From NCBI GenBank assembly GCA_001949185.1, contig BDGG01000001.1, positions 4,391,624 through 4,455,623 of the forward strand: a DNA stretch of 64,000 nucleotides, read 5' to 3'. A model generated the notes under the pieces. The model searched no databases. It was not told where the DNA came from and saw only the letters and a program-made list of their open reading frames with translations. Made by a program: the position numbers and the translations under genes. This document shows, piece by piece, positions 38,051 through 50,455 of this stretch. This DNA comes from Ramazzottius varieornatus. Lineage: Eukaryota; Animalia; Tardigrada. Position 1 is the first letter of the stretch. Every line of letters begins with the position of its first letter.

Positions 38051-39947
38051 TTACGATGGTGGGGATGGACTTGATGGCGATGGTCGGCGGAAGCATGATT
38101 CAGGTAAAACAGCTGCTCTGCTCTCCACTTCGTCCCAAGCTTGGGCAATCTTACGAATAAAGCCTCTGGTCATCATTATCGAAGCTGTCTTTCAGGTTGG
38201 CGGCACTTTACCTTATGGGCGGATTGCTTTTCCACTCCGGACAGTTCACAAAGGAAGCGGGCTAAATGGAACGACAGCTCTTGTTCCAAGAAAATCAGCT
38301 CCTGTTCCACACAGTATAAGCTGAACTTTACGCGATTCTCTGCATCTTTCAAGGTCGCCATTTTCTGTAAGATCGCAGACATTGTATGTCAGGGATCTGC
38401 AACCGCTTCCATCGTGCAAAGGCATCATAAGAATAGTATAAGTTCGGTCTCTCGGTCACAACTGGTTGCAGACTCTCTCCATTGCAGACACGTCATGGAA
38501 TAGAAAAGCTGAGCACTTCAGAGGGAGGAACTCACCTGCTCCAACGCGGCGGAGTCCTTCGGTTCGGTCTTCGAGCGAGACGCAGTGATGGCCTTCTCAA
38601 ACGCTTTCTGGTCCTGGGTAGCGTACTTGCTTTGCCTCTCGAAGAAGTCCTGCGCCGCATGAATATGAGGTGAGCTCGACAACCCAAGGAGGGTAGTCGT
38701 TAAAGGACTCGTACTGAACTTACTTTCCACCCTTTCATCAAGTCTTTGATTAGCTGCATTTGGTCTGTCAGCAGATCTTCTTCACAATTTGCCTGCAACG
38801 CATGTAAGGAGTGACGAAACTGATGTGAAGGTTCGATACCCTTTCGCAAGGTTCGCGGCATACCAGTTCCGTCCACTGCTTCATGACTGCTGCCACCTCT
38901 GTTCCGACATCAGCAAGTGCAGAAACGAAAGAGGTCCTGTCGGCATTTCCCGACGGCGAGAAGCTCATGAAAGGACAATTGCATGGTAGGCAAAGATTGC
39001 TGTAATAAAAGAATGGGTATCATCGAGAACTAAATATTAGTACAGTACTTCTCACGCAGCAGAGTATTCGCGATCTGAACCGGCTGGGCTCTCCGTGGTA
39101 CCTGAGTTCGTGGTTAAGCGCTGTGTGGTTCTTCACTCCTTCTGCAATGAAGAGACGCGAACTGCAAGTAACATCACAAGGGCTGTTGAGCTGGTACCTT
39201 TGCTCGTTGCGCAGAAGGCGTCCATAGTTCGTTTCAACTTCCGGACGGTCAGTTCCGCATTGGTCATTTGGTCTTTCATTTCTACCAGCCTTGTAGCCCA
39301 GTCAGAGGGAACCATATGGCTGTATAAGTTACTCGGCATGATCGACCGTTCGTCCACCGTGAACTTTTTCTTCATAGTGGCTTGTAGGTCCTGAAATGTT
39401 AAACGAAACCAAACTGACTGCAGTATTCTTCAGGTCCGAAGGCGATCCTACCTTGCCCGTAAACGAAAGGAACATTTGAAAGACTTGACTCGATCCGACA
39501 ACGGGATGCTTCAGAAGAATGGTAAGGTATCGTGCTAACGCCTTCTGTCGCTTCGTAATAAAGGCCTGGTCCGTCAAGGCTTTTTTGGGCGGAAGACGGG
39601 GAAGTAATCTCGTGGGATACACTTGAGTGAGAACCTCGTGGAGCATCGCGAAGTCGTTGTAGCGCCGTGGCACTATAAAACGCTGCAACAGAAGAAACCC
39701 AGCGTTGATAAGAATACCTAAACATTGGAAGTTTGTGTAGAAACTAAGATAAAAGAGAACCCAATGAGCAACATTTTCGTATGGATGTCACCTCACATGT
39801 AACCTCATATTCCACATGCTTGATAAAAGCGCCTTTCTTTTCGGGGATTTGCTGCACTTGGACGGCAAGCGGGCTGTTTTTCGCCGGACGTGCTTGAGTG
39901 GATGAGTCAACACTGGTGCTCTGGAAGATGCGCTCTTGAACGCCCAT
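38051..39947 (-). CDS. SNX8: Sorting nexin 8 (Mvp1-like PX-BAR), multi-exon; 5' end may extend to ~40111
   Basis: VQVQQIPEKKGAFIKHVEYEV..RRYNDFAMLHEVL..YPTRLLPRLPPKK..FITKRQKALARYL..HP..FLSFTG closely follows the SNX8 PX domain; helical BAR exons follow. Confidence 0.85.
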
Positions 39948-40529
39948 TCTAATGCAAATGCTGCAGGAAGTTCCAAGCTCCGAATAACAGGGAAACAAGA
40001 CACAGTATCACTGTAAGTCAAAATCTGAGGAGAAAACTTCAAGTGAATAGTCCTGGGTCTCCAAGAGTACGTTGCGTCCACGTTTGGGGCTGAATTACTG
40101 TCTCCAAACATATTACGTACGGACGGACAATGCCGCTGATAAGTGACTGGGACGAGGTGCTATCTTTATTACTTGCACATTCGAGCAAACAATTGGATAC
40201 CATATCTTGTGACCAATAGCGGCCTGTCTGAGCAGGAGAGAATTACGAGCTCCTTACTGTGTAACGGTACAAGTTCCCGCTAATCAGCGCGCAGCTGGCT
40301 CGTAGCGTACTGCTGATTACAGGACTTCCTGGTGTTTGATTTGATTAGGGCTAATAACAATGCATCCATGTTGACTTGATACTGCATGTCTGCTGTGGTG
40401 GCAAATCTGTTGGCTGTCTTCAAAGTACAGATTTGTATCGGAAAGTTAGCAGTGTGAGAAGATTTGTCCAATACCCTTAGTTCGTATCCTGGGCATGTTT
40501 CCGGACTGATCGTGTTTTGAAGAGGCATA

Positions 40530-43500
40530 ATGCTTTGTGCTTTGGGGAGAGCTGTATGCGCTCTCCTTCCAATCTCGGCCTGTTTAATTTCAGGTAAAAT
40601 AACCATTCAACCGGAAAAGGCAATCTCGCTTACATTGCGCGCTGTTTAGGTGTTGGCTCGGCGTCGCTGAGTATCAACCCAGCCGAAGATTTGATCTTCA
40701 AACAGCAGAGCGATCCAGGTAAATCCAGGTCCTAAAGTAACGTTGTCTTTGATCGTTACGATCAACTACCTCAGTTCATTTCAAAAGCACTGCTCCGTTA
40801 TTGTTTAGATTTCGTCGTTGGTGAGCTGGTCACGACTGATTATGTGCCAAATGCAACCACCACTAGCCTGACCGGGAATTGCCGGTACTGCGTAGAACTC
40901 AGGGACCTGCTAAACGGAACTTCGGTAATTCATCCAAAACCCGACTCCTGGAGAGCCTGTTACGACGTAAGCGAAAACTGGGGAAGTATTTCTAGTTTGA
41001 GCTACTAAGCTATATCGTTTGCTTTTGTTTCCAGAATGCTGTTTCGAAATCGTCACCTGTGAACGCACCACTGCGACTACAATTCTGCCAAGCTGAATTC
41101 CTGCTTTCGGGAGAGGTAAGGTTTTCTTCTTCGAACAAGCTTGGATCAACCCGGCGGCTTGTTCGATAAAATTTTACACGTGTTGGATGCTAGGATTACA
41201 CGGAAGTAGTAAAGAGGATGATCAGTGTCAACCAGGCTCCTGTCATAACGGAAAGCAGTGAACAGATTGTTGAGATCGAGGCAAGGTGACCTGTTTCTTG
41301 CTGTATGAAATGATCGAGCTTTCTTGTTTCAACGTCTGGTTGCTGTCCACAGGAAAACGTCAACAGCACGTTCGTCTTTTCTCTCAGGATAACCGATCCT
41401 GACCAATACAACGTCTCATATTCCGGTAGGAGAATGCTAATGGTAAGATGCTGTGAAGTCAACCCAAAGAGCTACTGGTGACCTAGGTCCCGCATACCCT
41501 ACTTGGCTTGCAGAAATCCTGTATCGATCATCCTGAAAGAGAATGTCACTGGACGACGTACCGAGGAAACGTAGCTCCGTGTCCCAACCATGTGTGCACC
41601 TACGGCGGCACAGATGTTTTTGACGTGACTCTCAACTTGACGAGTCCCATGGACTACGAGACGGAAAGGATACACACCATTTTGTTAGAAATCGTTGTAA
41701 GCTCGTTGGCTCTTGAGGGCTTATTTATAAGTCTTACCGAATAAACTCTTCTGTGTCATAGGACGCGTATACTCTCAACAACCCAGAAGTACAAAATTCC
41801 GTATGGCAGACTGTCACAGTCCGTGTGTTGGATGTCCAGGATATGCCGCCCTTCTGGACCAGCATTCCGCCCTCTCCTGTGGTCGACGAGTACTGTGCCC
41901 CGGTATGTCCTGATTGATTGTTCTGCCAGTGTGTCCGGCAATCGGTCTCGAAGTACAGCAGTATAGTGTCCGATGTGTTTGCCCTACAGGGAACGGAGGT
42001 CTTTGCAGTCAAAGCCATTGACGGCGACCTCGGCGTCAAGTATCCCTCAAACATCACCTACAGTTTGGAGCAGATGACCGGTGGAGAAGCTACGAACCAG
42101 TCCGCTTTGACCATCACCACTGTAAACGGAACTGGGATAATCAGCGTGGCCAGGTCGTTTCCCATCGAGGAATTTGCGGACTCTGATGGTTACATAATCG
42201 TCAATCTGACCGTACGTCCAAACACAAACTGTGAATTTGAGAGGGCCGTTTTTTAATATTCTTTGCGGATGAAGTGTTACCCCGGCTTCTTTGCAGGCAA
42301 AGGAAGTGGAAACTAACCAGACGAGTGTTCCGCTGATCCTGAAGGTTCTTGTGAGGGATATCGACAACAACCCTCCGCTACTGTACATAGTGGAGAATGG
42401 AGTGCTTCCGGTATTGACAAACACGTTCCATGCCCGTATCGAAGAGAACGCCCTAATCCGCACGCCCATAGAGCTCGTACTTCCGGGTAGCCAAATAGTC
42501 GTACAGGACGATGACATGGTAAAAACTAAAATCCAATCCATCCAACTTTATTTGAGGACTGTCAAGATAGAACCCTAAATATTGCGAAAATTCCGAAAAG
42601 GCTTTTATTGGCCTATCTTGTAGAGCAAAAAAATCTGCATCGAACGTGGAAATGCCCCAAAAGGTCGCACACAGCGAAGTTGGCAAAAGAATTCTGAAGT
42701 TTGGGTTTGCCATGTTAGAACCCTGGGCGAAAACACAGAAAGTCGTTTCCTGAACAGTTGAGATAAATTCAATATTTAGGGTTCTATCTTGACAGTCCTC
42801 ATTTGAGAATTTTTTCGCCGGTGATGAAGCCATGTATTAGGGAGAGAACGCCAAATTCCTGATCGCCATAAGCCCCAACGACACTTTTGAAGTATCTCCA
42901 ACTCAGGGGCAAGGCTATGCCAGTTTGACGATTCGAGTGAAGGATAACTCTCTCCTGGATGCGGAAATTCGACAAACTATACATCTCACCATGTCCGTGT
43001 GGGGTGTAACAGCGCTGGCCGAAGAACGTGGACCGACCATCACAACAATCGTCATAGACATCACTGATATGAACGACGAAGCTTCTTTCGTCCAGGTAAG
43101 CTCAGTCCTCTCTTAACCCCGCGTCGAAGACTCACCCTTTGGTACCTGTCACAGTACAGTGATTCGGAAGGACAGCGATCGATATGCAACTCGTCAAGCT
43201 TCCCCGTAGAAGTTAACGAAACGTTCTACCAGCAACAGCCTCGGCCCCTTTTGGACATGTACCTTAATGGTACGAATATCGTGGACGCTGACTGGGATAT
43301 CGTCAACCGAGCAGATGTGTCGTTCCGAGACCGCAGCTTCGACCAGCCGAGCTTCGCAGTTACCAGTGGCGGGGTCCTCCAAGTCGTGGGTCCTCTGGAC
43401 TACGAGACGGCACCTGACCATATGCACGCTGTTGCCTTCATCGTAGAAAATAGAGGTAAGCGACAGCAGCCTACGTACTCGGTGCTAATTATGCAGAATT

Positions 43501-46500
43501 TCATCAGGCTATTGAACAGGACGCAATGGGGTCCTCATGACTTCGGAATGTACGGTGAACGTGACGCTGATCGACATCAACGACGAACTACCGACCATCA
43601 CGACCGAAAGTAACTTCGCGATCGATGAGAACCTGGAGGGACTTTTAGGGATAGTCCTGGCAAATGACTTGGACGCAACGGCCAACTTAGCCTTCTCGAT
43701 AACGGTGGACAGAGCGGAGAGCCCAAACGGCGTTAGCCTGCCCAATCCTGGTAGTTTTGGTGCGCACTTTGCGTTCATGGTGGAAGACCTGGCGGAGGGT
43801 CAACATCCGGGAAACCGAAGTGCGTCGATACGTGTTGTGATTCCACTAGACAGGGAAGAGACGCAGACGATTTACGCTACCATTGCAGTTACAGGTTTGT
43901 TGCAGATACTGTAGCAAACTGGTGAAATGAAGCTTTGGTTTCGGATTTTATGAACAGAACCACAAGATTACTGTATGAAAGATTACATGACGGAACTCAC
44001 TTCAAACCTTGAACTTTGTGCACCCATTTGTCCAAAATGTGGGAGTTATGTTTTTGCAGATGAGAACGGTGACGAAGGGCTTTCTAACTATCCCCAGACA
44101 GTTCGGAAGCAAATCGTCCTAAGCGTTCGCGACGTAAACGACAATCCTCCCCAGCTGCGTTACGGAGACGAGGAAGTTGGTCGAGCTTTCACCATGGACT
44201 TTCCGGAATTATCTTCGCGGCCGATCGTCCGGGATTTCGTCGTCACAGACCCAGACAGTAAACCCAGTCCTCCCAACTTTCAACCAAGAGTCGAAGGCTT
44301 TTCTGACCCACCTTACGCGAATCACGTAAGCGTAGTACGAATCGATGCCAACAAGATACGCTTGACAATCGTGCAAGCTTTCGACTACGATCTCATCCAG
44401 CAGCTAAACTTTACCCTTGTCGTACATGACGACGATCCAGACCATCCTTCCGTCGAGCCAGTGTTGAATACAGCCACAACAATCATTCTCAACATTCAGA
44501 ATGTGAACAATCATGGACCGATCATCACTTCGCCGGACGACGACCGGCTGTTTGAGATCAATGAATCGGATGGAAGAGTGTACAGTACCTCGAACCCAGG
44601 AAACTTTGCGCCAGTGAATACGGATATTCAAGTGACCGCTACTGACCAAGACTTTCCGGATTTCTTTCCCTTGAAATACCTGATGTCGTTCAAACAGTCA
44701 CCAGAGCTGACGAGTAAACTGAGGATGGATGAGTGGAGCGGGCAAGTCACGGTAGTGGAGCCCATCGACCGAGAAGAAGCAGGGTATGATAAAACGTTCA
44801 TTTTACTCCTGCAAGTCATCGATAACGCCGATGAGACCTTCAACTACCAAACCTCAGAAACTCGTCAGGTGAGTCGTTCAAGTTGTTTAGCTTTCCGTCG
44901 TTTATAGTTATCTTATCACAATATCGCGTTTGCCATTTCAGATCCGCGCGAAGATCCGTGATGTGAACGACAACGAGCCCATCTTCCCGAACGGTACCGA
45001 AGCAACATCTATCGCGTTGCTACCAAAGGATAACAGGATCGGATACGAGTTACCGTTCAGACACCAAGTAAGCACCGGCACCGATCTAGACACCGCTGGT
45101 CAAGTTTGCGCAGATGTTCCTGTCCGCAAAGGTGGTTTCTGTTTCAAAAATAGGCCAAGGACCTCGACGAAGCAGAGACCTGTGGCAAGCTGGTTTACTC
45201 CCTTGTATCATCTGCCTCCAGTGATTCATTGGAAATTAACAGTGCAACTGGCGTTCTCAAGATCAAGTCCCAGCTGACCGGCAACACTCTTAACTTTGAG
45301 GTCGAGGTCTTCGATGGCTCAGTGGCGCCACAGTGCGCGCCCGGACATAGAGTACAACACGGAATGTTCATCAAGATCCTGGGTACAGAGGAGGTCCATC
45401 AGTTGCGCGTCGGCATCGAAATGGATGACCAGGCTCAAAAACAGGCCGAACTAGATGCAATCAATGCGTAAGAGTTTTTCACCAAGCACACAAAGTGCGA
45501 ATAATACATAAGATATCAATGCTCGATTCTATGTGTTTGTTTAAGAAAAATGGAAGAGATTGGAAGAAGAAACGGGTACATTTACCTGTTCAGAGCTTTG
45601 AGCGACCCCAAGTCGAGATCACCGCGGGTGAAAAGAGAGAAAAGGGACCAAGTACTAGACTATTCTTACGTCAACGCCACCTACGACCCAGTACCGATCG
45701 AACAAATCAACAAGTAAGAGAGAAAAGCTCCGTCAGCTTGAACTGAGCAACCTACGGTATGTTTCAGCCACAATCTCTTCTACAGGATGCTTTTGGCCTA
45801 CGAGGAAGAGTTGGTGGCGGTTGGGGTGGGGCTCATCGGAGCTCCAAACCCTAAGCCAGAAGGCAAAAGTGAAGGGCTGGACAGTAAATGGATTGTCATT
45901 GGGGTCTTGGTCGGTCTTCTGGTCGTCGCTGTCATCACGGCGGGAATACTGGTGGCTGAGAAGCTCAAGTGTGTTATTAGGGCTTGGAAGCTCGGCAAAC
46001 AAACTTGACCGGATTGATTTTCCAAGTGGCGCACGCTTCTAGCTAGTGTTACCGGAAACGTGCGCCACTGGGAGAAAAGGTCTGGACGAGTGTGTTCGCG
46101 AGCTCTTACATCTCGTTTTTTACGGATTTGGTGCTAAAGTGGAGATTTCTTCGCGCAGATTAAACAGGAAACTACATGCCTATAAATCGTCGGCCGGTAA
46201 GAATCGTTTGTAAAATTATGAGAAAACATTTTCTACATCCCCTTATGCACGCTACTGTACACGTCGGTCTAGGAGTAGAGACAGCCGCAGACCTTAGCTC
46301 GACTAACAACGACGGTAGCAACAATACGTTTTCTCCGTACACGTCTGGATCTCAGTTGAGGTATGCTTCCCGAAGTTTAGTTCTTTCACAACCATCGATC
46401 GTTTAGCGATTCTCGTACCGTTTTATACTCGATGGGTTTTGTACATTGTTACAGGACTAACCCGATTTTAGCAAGATTCGGCAACGTTGATGCTAGATTT

Positions 46501-46782
46501 CCAACGATGTAAGTCTTGCGCTAATCTCAGGGTTTGATTTACATGTACAGTATTTGAGATCGGTAGCTGGGTCTGGTGACTTGATGCTTGCTTACCTCTA
46601 CTTTCGTCTGCAGGGAGGAAGGAGATGATTTTGAAGCAGTGGACGGTATCGTTTTCCCCGACGGAATACAAAGCGAGTCAAGTGCCGATGATGCGGCTGC
46701 AACAGGAGTTGAAGATTTTGAAGCAGTATTAGCCTCCACCAACCGGGAAAACCTCCAGAAACAGCTACGGGCCAATAGATGA
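40530..46782 (+). CDS. Non-classical cadherin (multiple EC repeats, single TM; Cad87A/CDHR-like)
   Basis: Signal peptide MLCALGRAVCALLPISACLIS. Repeated cadherin motifs MDYE, LDVQDMPP, AIDGD, DIDNNPP, LDYE, DINDELP, LDREE, DVNDNPP, NVNNHGP, IDREE, DVNDNEP. TM WIVIGVLVGLLVVAVITAGILV. Confidence 0.9.
46024..46070. repeat. ~47-bp palindromic element, copy 9 (cadherin intron)
   Basis: AAGTGGCGCAC-25nt-GTGCGCCACTG. Confidence 0.85.
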
Positions 46783-47637
46783 TAAACACGAGTTCCGACT
46801 GGTAGTGACCAAATATCAATATTTTGTGCGACCTTCACGCACCTTCGTGTGGCTTATGAGACATAAAAGGGAAGTCTCCGGTGAAAGTGTGCTGTACGAG
46901 ACATCGACCTGAAGTTAAGCTTAATGAAACAAAAGTCTGAAATCGACCTTGGAATGACGGTGAACCAAAATCTGAAAAGAATGTACTGTAAAGGAACCTC
47001 AAAACTGACTGAACAGTGACCATCCGCAGTGACGCAGGAGTTTCAAGAACAGAGGCGACCCCTATGGGCACTCTTGTATGACGTCACTGCGAACCTCCCA
47101 TCGTTTTCAGAGGCATCACTGATATCAATTTTCGGTGTGTTCTGCGAATGAAATGAACATAATTATTTCCAGTGGATTTAATGGACATTTTACCCATTTC
47201 GTATTCCATAGAGCAACTTGCGGGAACTATACCAAGGTTTCTGATTGTACCAACGAGCGAGTGAAATTTCTGTCCATCCCGACAAATTCAGTTCGGGTCG
47301 TTTCAGACTCTAAAGTGAGGCCATCTGGATAAACGACGCCTGCAACTAGATATGAGCACTGCTTAAAAGGTTTGCTGACTCTTTTGACAAGTAAGTTAGA
47401 CGAAAGGGTATCACAGTGTCTTTGATCCGGGCGATCATCGTACAGCCAGTAAAGCCCCGATCTAAAAGCCCAGACGACAAATTTGGCTTGTGTGAGTAAT
47501 CGGAGATCAGCAGGGAGTCTAAAGAGAGATGCAGAGATGTCATCGCAGCAGGAATTCACTCGTCACTTGCTCTTTACAACCAAACAAACTTTTCAACGCA
47601 TCATTTCAAATAGGATTGATCCTTTACGACAGCCAAC

Positions 47638-49736
47638 ATGAATTACAATTTGCAAGATCTCGGCGCCCGTTTTGTGAGTATACCTGTTGCGCATGAAGAG
47701 GAGAACGACTCGAATCCACCTGTCGAAGAGGGTGCTCGAGCCAAGCCGGCTAACCCGGAAGGAGACGCCCAATGGTACGTTGAATGCCTTGACAGTCCAG
47801 AGGCCATTGTTTACGACAAGTGCAATGGGGTTTAAATATTTATCCCTTTTTGATTACCTGATTGTGCTAATGATCGAATCCAAACGGTCAACCAACTGCT
47901 GTGACTGTTTATTAGTCTGTATACTGCTGTATATACCCCAAATTTTCGCGAGGTTTACATGTACAAGATTGAAAACGTTTGTGATCGAGCAGCCTAAACA
48001 GTGCCTCAGTTTCCGGGGACTAATAAATTCTCCACAGAGTCATCGCAGTAGCGCGCGTTCTGTCTTCACCTACTTCCGGCCAAATCAAAATACTGACATT
48101 ATGTGGTTGCTGTTTTCAGCGAACGGACTTCGGCTAATGGGGAAAAGGCAGCCAAAGGTAAACGGGCGAACCATCGTCGTCATGAGAAGCCTCCTTACTC
48201 GTACATCGCCCTCATTGTGATGGCCATCCAGCACGCGCCCAGCCGCAAGGTGACACTGAATGAGATCTACCAGTTTCTCCAGACGCATTTCGACTTCTTT
48301 CGAGGACCATACCAAGGATGGAAGAACTCGGTACGTCACAACCTGTCATTGAACGAGTGTTTCATCAAGCTGCCAAAGGGACTGGGTCGGCCGGGCAAAG
48401 GTCACTACTGGACCATGGACCCAGCAAGCGAGTTCATGTTCGAGGAAGGCTCCTTTCGACGAAGACCGAGAGGATTCCGACGCAAATGTCTGAACCATGA
48501 CAGTGCGAAAGCTCAGGTGAGTCATTTCGAGAAAAATGTTTTTAGGGTCATCTTGCTTCTTGCTTCACATATTGTCTAAACGTCAGCAGTCACTTTGCAA
48601 AACTGAATCTGTAATATTTTTTCTTCGGTGTTAGTCGATGGGTTCGAGCTTTCCTATCATGACGACTTCATCATCGTCTACATCCGGTGTGCTGGCGGCA
48701 GGAACATCTGCCTCCTCGGTATCGTCTGGCCCGATGTCGATCAGTCCTGCTGGTAGCTTCAGTGGGGATGTTTTTGGAGCGAGTGTCTTGCAGACGCCCA
48801 GAGCGAATCTGATGCCGCGTGGATCGACATTTGGCTCACACATGTCGTCCGGTCATCATGCACTCAACAACCACCACTCTATGCAATCCAACATGGGTGC
48901 AGGAGATCAAGCTCACAACAACGTCAACACTGCCTGCCTGTCATGGAACTCACTGGCTGCGCAGCGACATTCGGCTTCCGCAAACTACGCCTTCGCTTCG
49001 GGTAATTTTACCAAAACTTTTTCAGCGTTCTGGGGTTAGGTGTTGAGGGAGCTTATATTGGGGAGTGAGCAGACAAAACGTAAGAGAACCTCATCGTAAG
49101 TGGCGCACAGTGTCAGCTAGTAACGCTGGTAACGTGCGCAACTTGGAAACTCGACCTGGGCGTTTCTCCTAGTCGCGCAAGCTATCAGCTGATAATACAC
49201 GAGCGTGCGCTACTTGAGAGGACCATCTTGAAAGTTCAGTTTGCCTACTAACTTTTACATAACACTTCTCGGACTTTAATTTTAAAATTCTCAGTAAATT
49301 ATTTCGAGCCTTGGTACTTTTAAGGAGAGATAATATTGTTGTAGCTGGATATCCGTACAACTTTTGCGGGAGTGATCTATATGGAATTTCAAGCCAGTGC
49401 AATCCGAGCGGTAGTCCTTATGTCAACTTTGCTGCGTCGCCTTCGCAAATGTATCCGTCAAACTCGTGGAACATGCCGGCTTCGAATTTCAGTGTCGTGG
49501 CCGGTGGTGGCAGCGGACTAGACAGCGCTGCAGCGGCAGAAATTAGCAAGCATGCTTCGTCGGCGCACTCGGTCCATCATCTACCCTTAGCCAATATGGC
49601 CATGCACTACGCCACCAACGGTAACATGATATCCACTTCGACACCAACATACGACATGGTCTCGCATTGCTCCGCCACCTTTGCCCCTTATGGCTCTGCT
49701 AATGGCTCGCACTGCAGTCTCCAGGACAGCAAATAG
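47638..49736 (+). CDS. FoxF: Forkhead box F transcription factor (biniou/FOXF1-like), about 4 exons
   Basis: [76 protein letters not shown] is FoxF-diagnostic. Confidence 0.93.
49098..49215. repeat. Two tandem ~47-bp palindromic elements, copies 10 and 11 (FoxF intron)
   Basis: 49098-49144 AAGTGGCGCAC-25-GTGCGCAACTT; 49170-49215 TAGTCGCGCAA-24-GTGCGCTACTT. Confidence 0.8.
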
Positions 49737-50455
49737 TCAAAAGATGAACGATTAGCTTATCGTCTATATTTTAAAGGCTTTACGCCGAAGTGAAAACGAT
49801 ACGTTTGAGCACAGATATGAAAATCTGAAAGTGTGGCGAAATTTTTCAAGAGCAAACCTGCGCAATCGAACTTTGGTTTGTCACTCGCGCATGCAGCCGC
49901 GCTCGGTTTAGATGATGTACATATATTTTTGCGATCATCTATCGTGCTTGCTCTGGCGATGTCTCCATGTATGGTAATACATATTCAAAAGAGGCCTTTG
50001 GTTGGTTGTATCGAAGCTGCAGAGAATATTCAAGATACCCAAGCCGTTTACAGTAAGAATGAGCCTCTCGACAAAATAAAAATCGATTGGTTACTAACAA
50101 GGAAGGTCAGAGCGGCACGCGATTCTGAAGATCTCACATAGCCGCGTGGGATGAGATTACCTCGACGAAGATTCTGAATATTTTGGGGAATATTTCAAGG
50201 AAATGTTTTGATATGAGTGGACTGTCAAAAAGCCAGACAAAAGCCGCTGCGCATGCGTGCGGATCATTCGTGAAATGACGACTCCCTTCGCGATTCCACT
50301 TCCTTCAATATTTTATTTCGGGCTGGATGGTGTAGCCAACGTACCCAATTTGCTAGCGACGAAAAACACTAGAGCTATTGTTCCCTTTTCACGAATAACC
50401 GCGGTTACATTTGCCAGTGCATTCAGTCCTCATTGCCCTGCAGGGCGTGATCGGC

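Noticed and set aside
47638-49736. Remnant FoxL1-FoxC-FoxF-FoxQ1 cluster
   Set aside because: No second forkhead domain lies in this window; linkage beyond it cannot be assessed.
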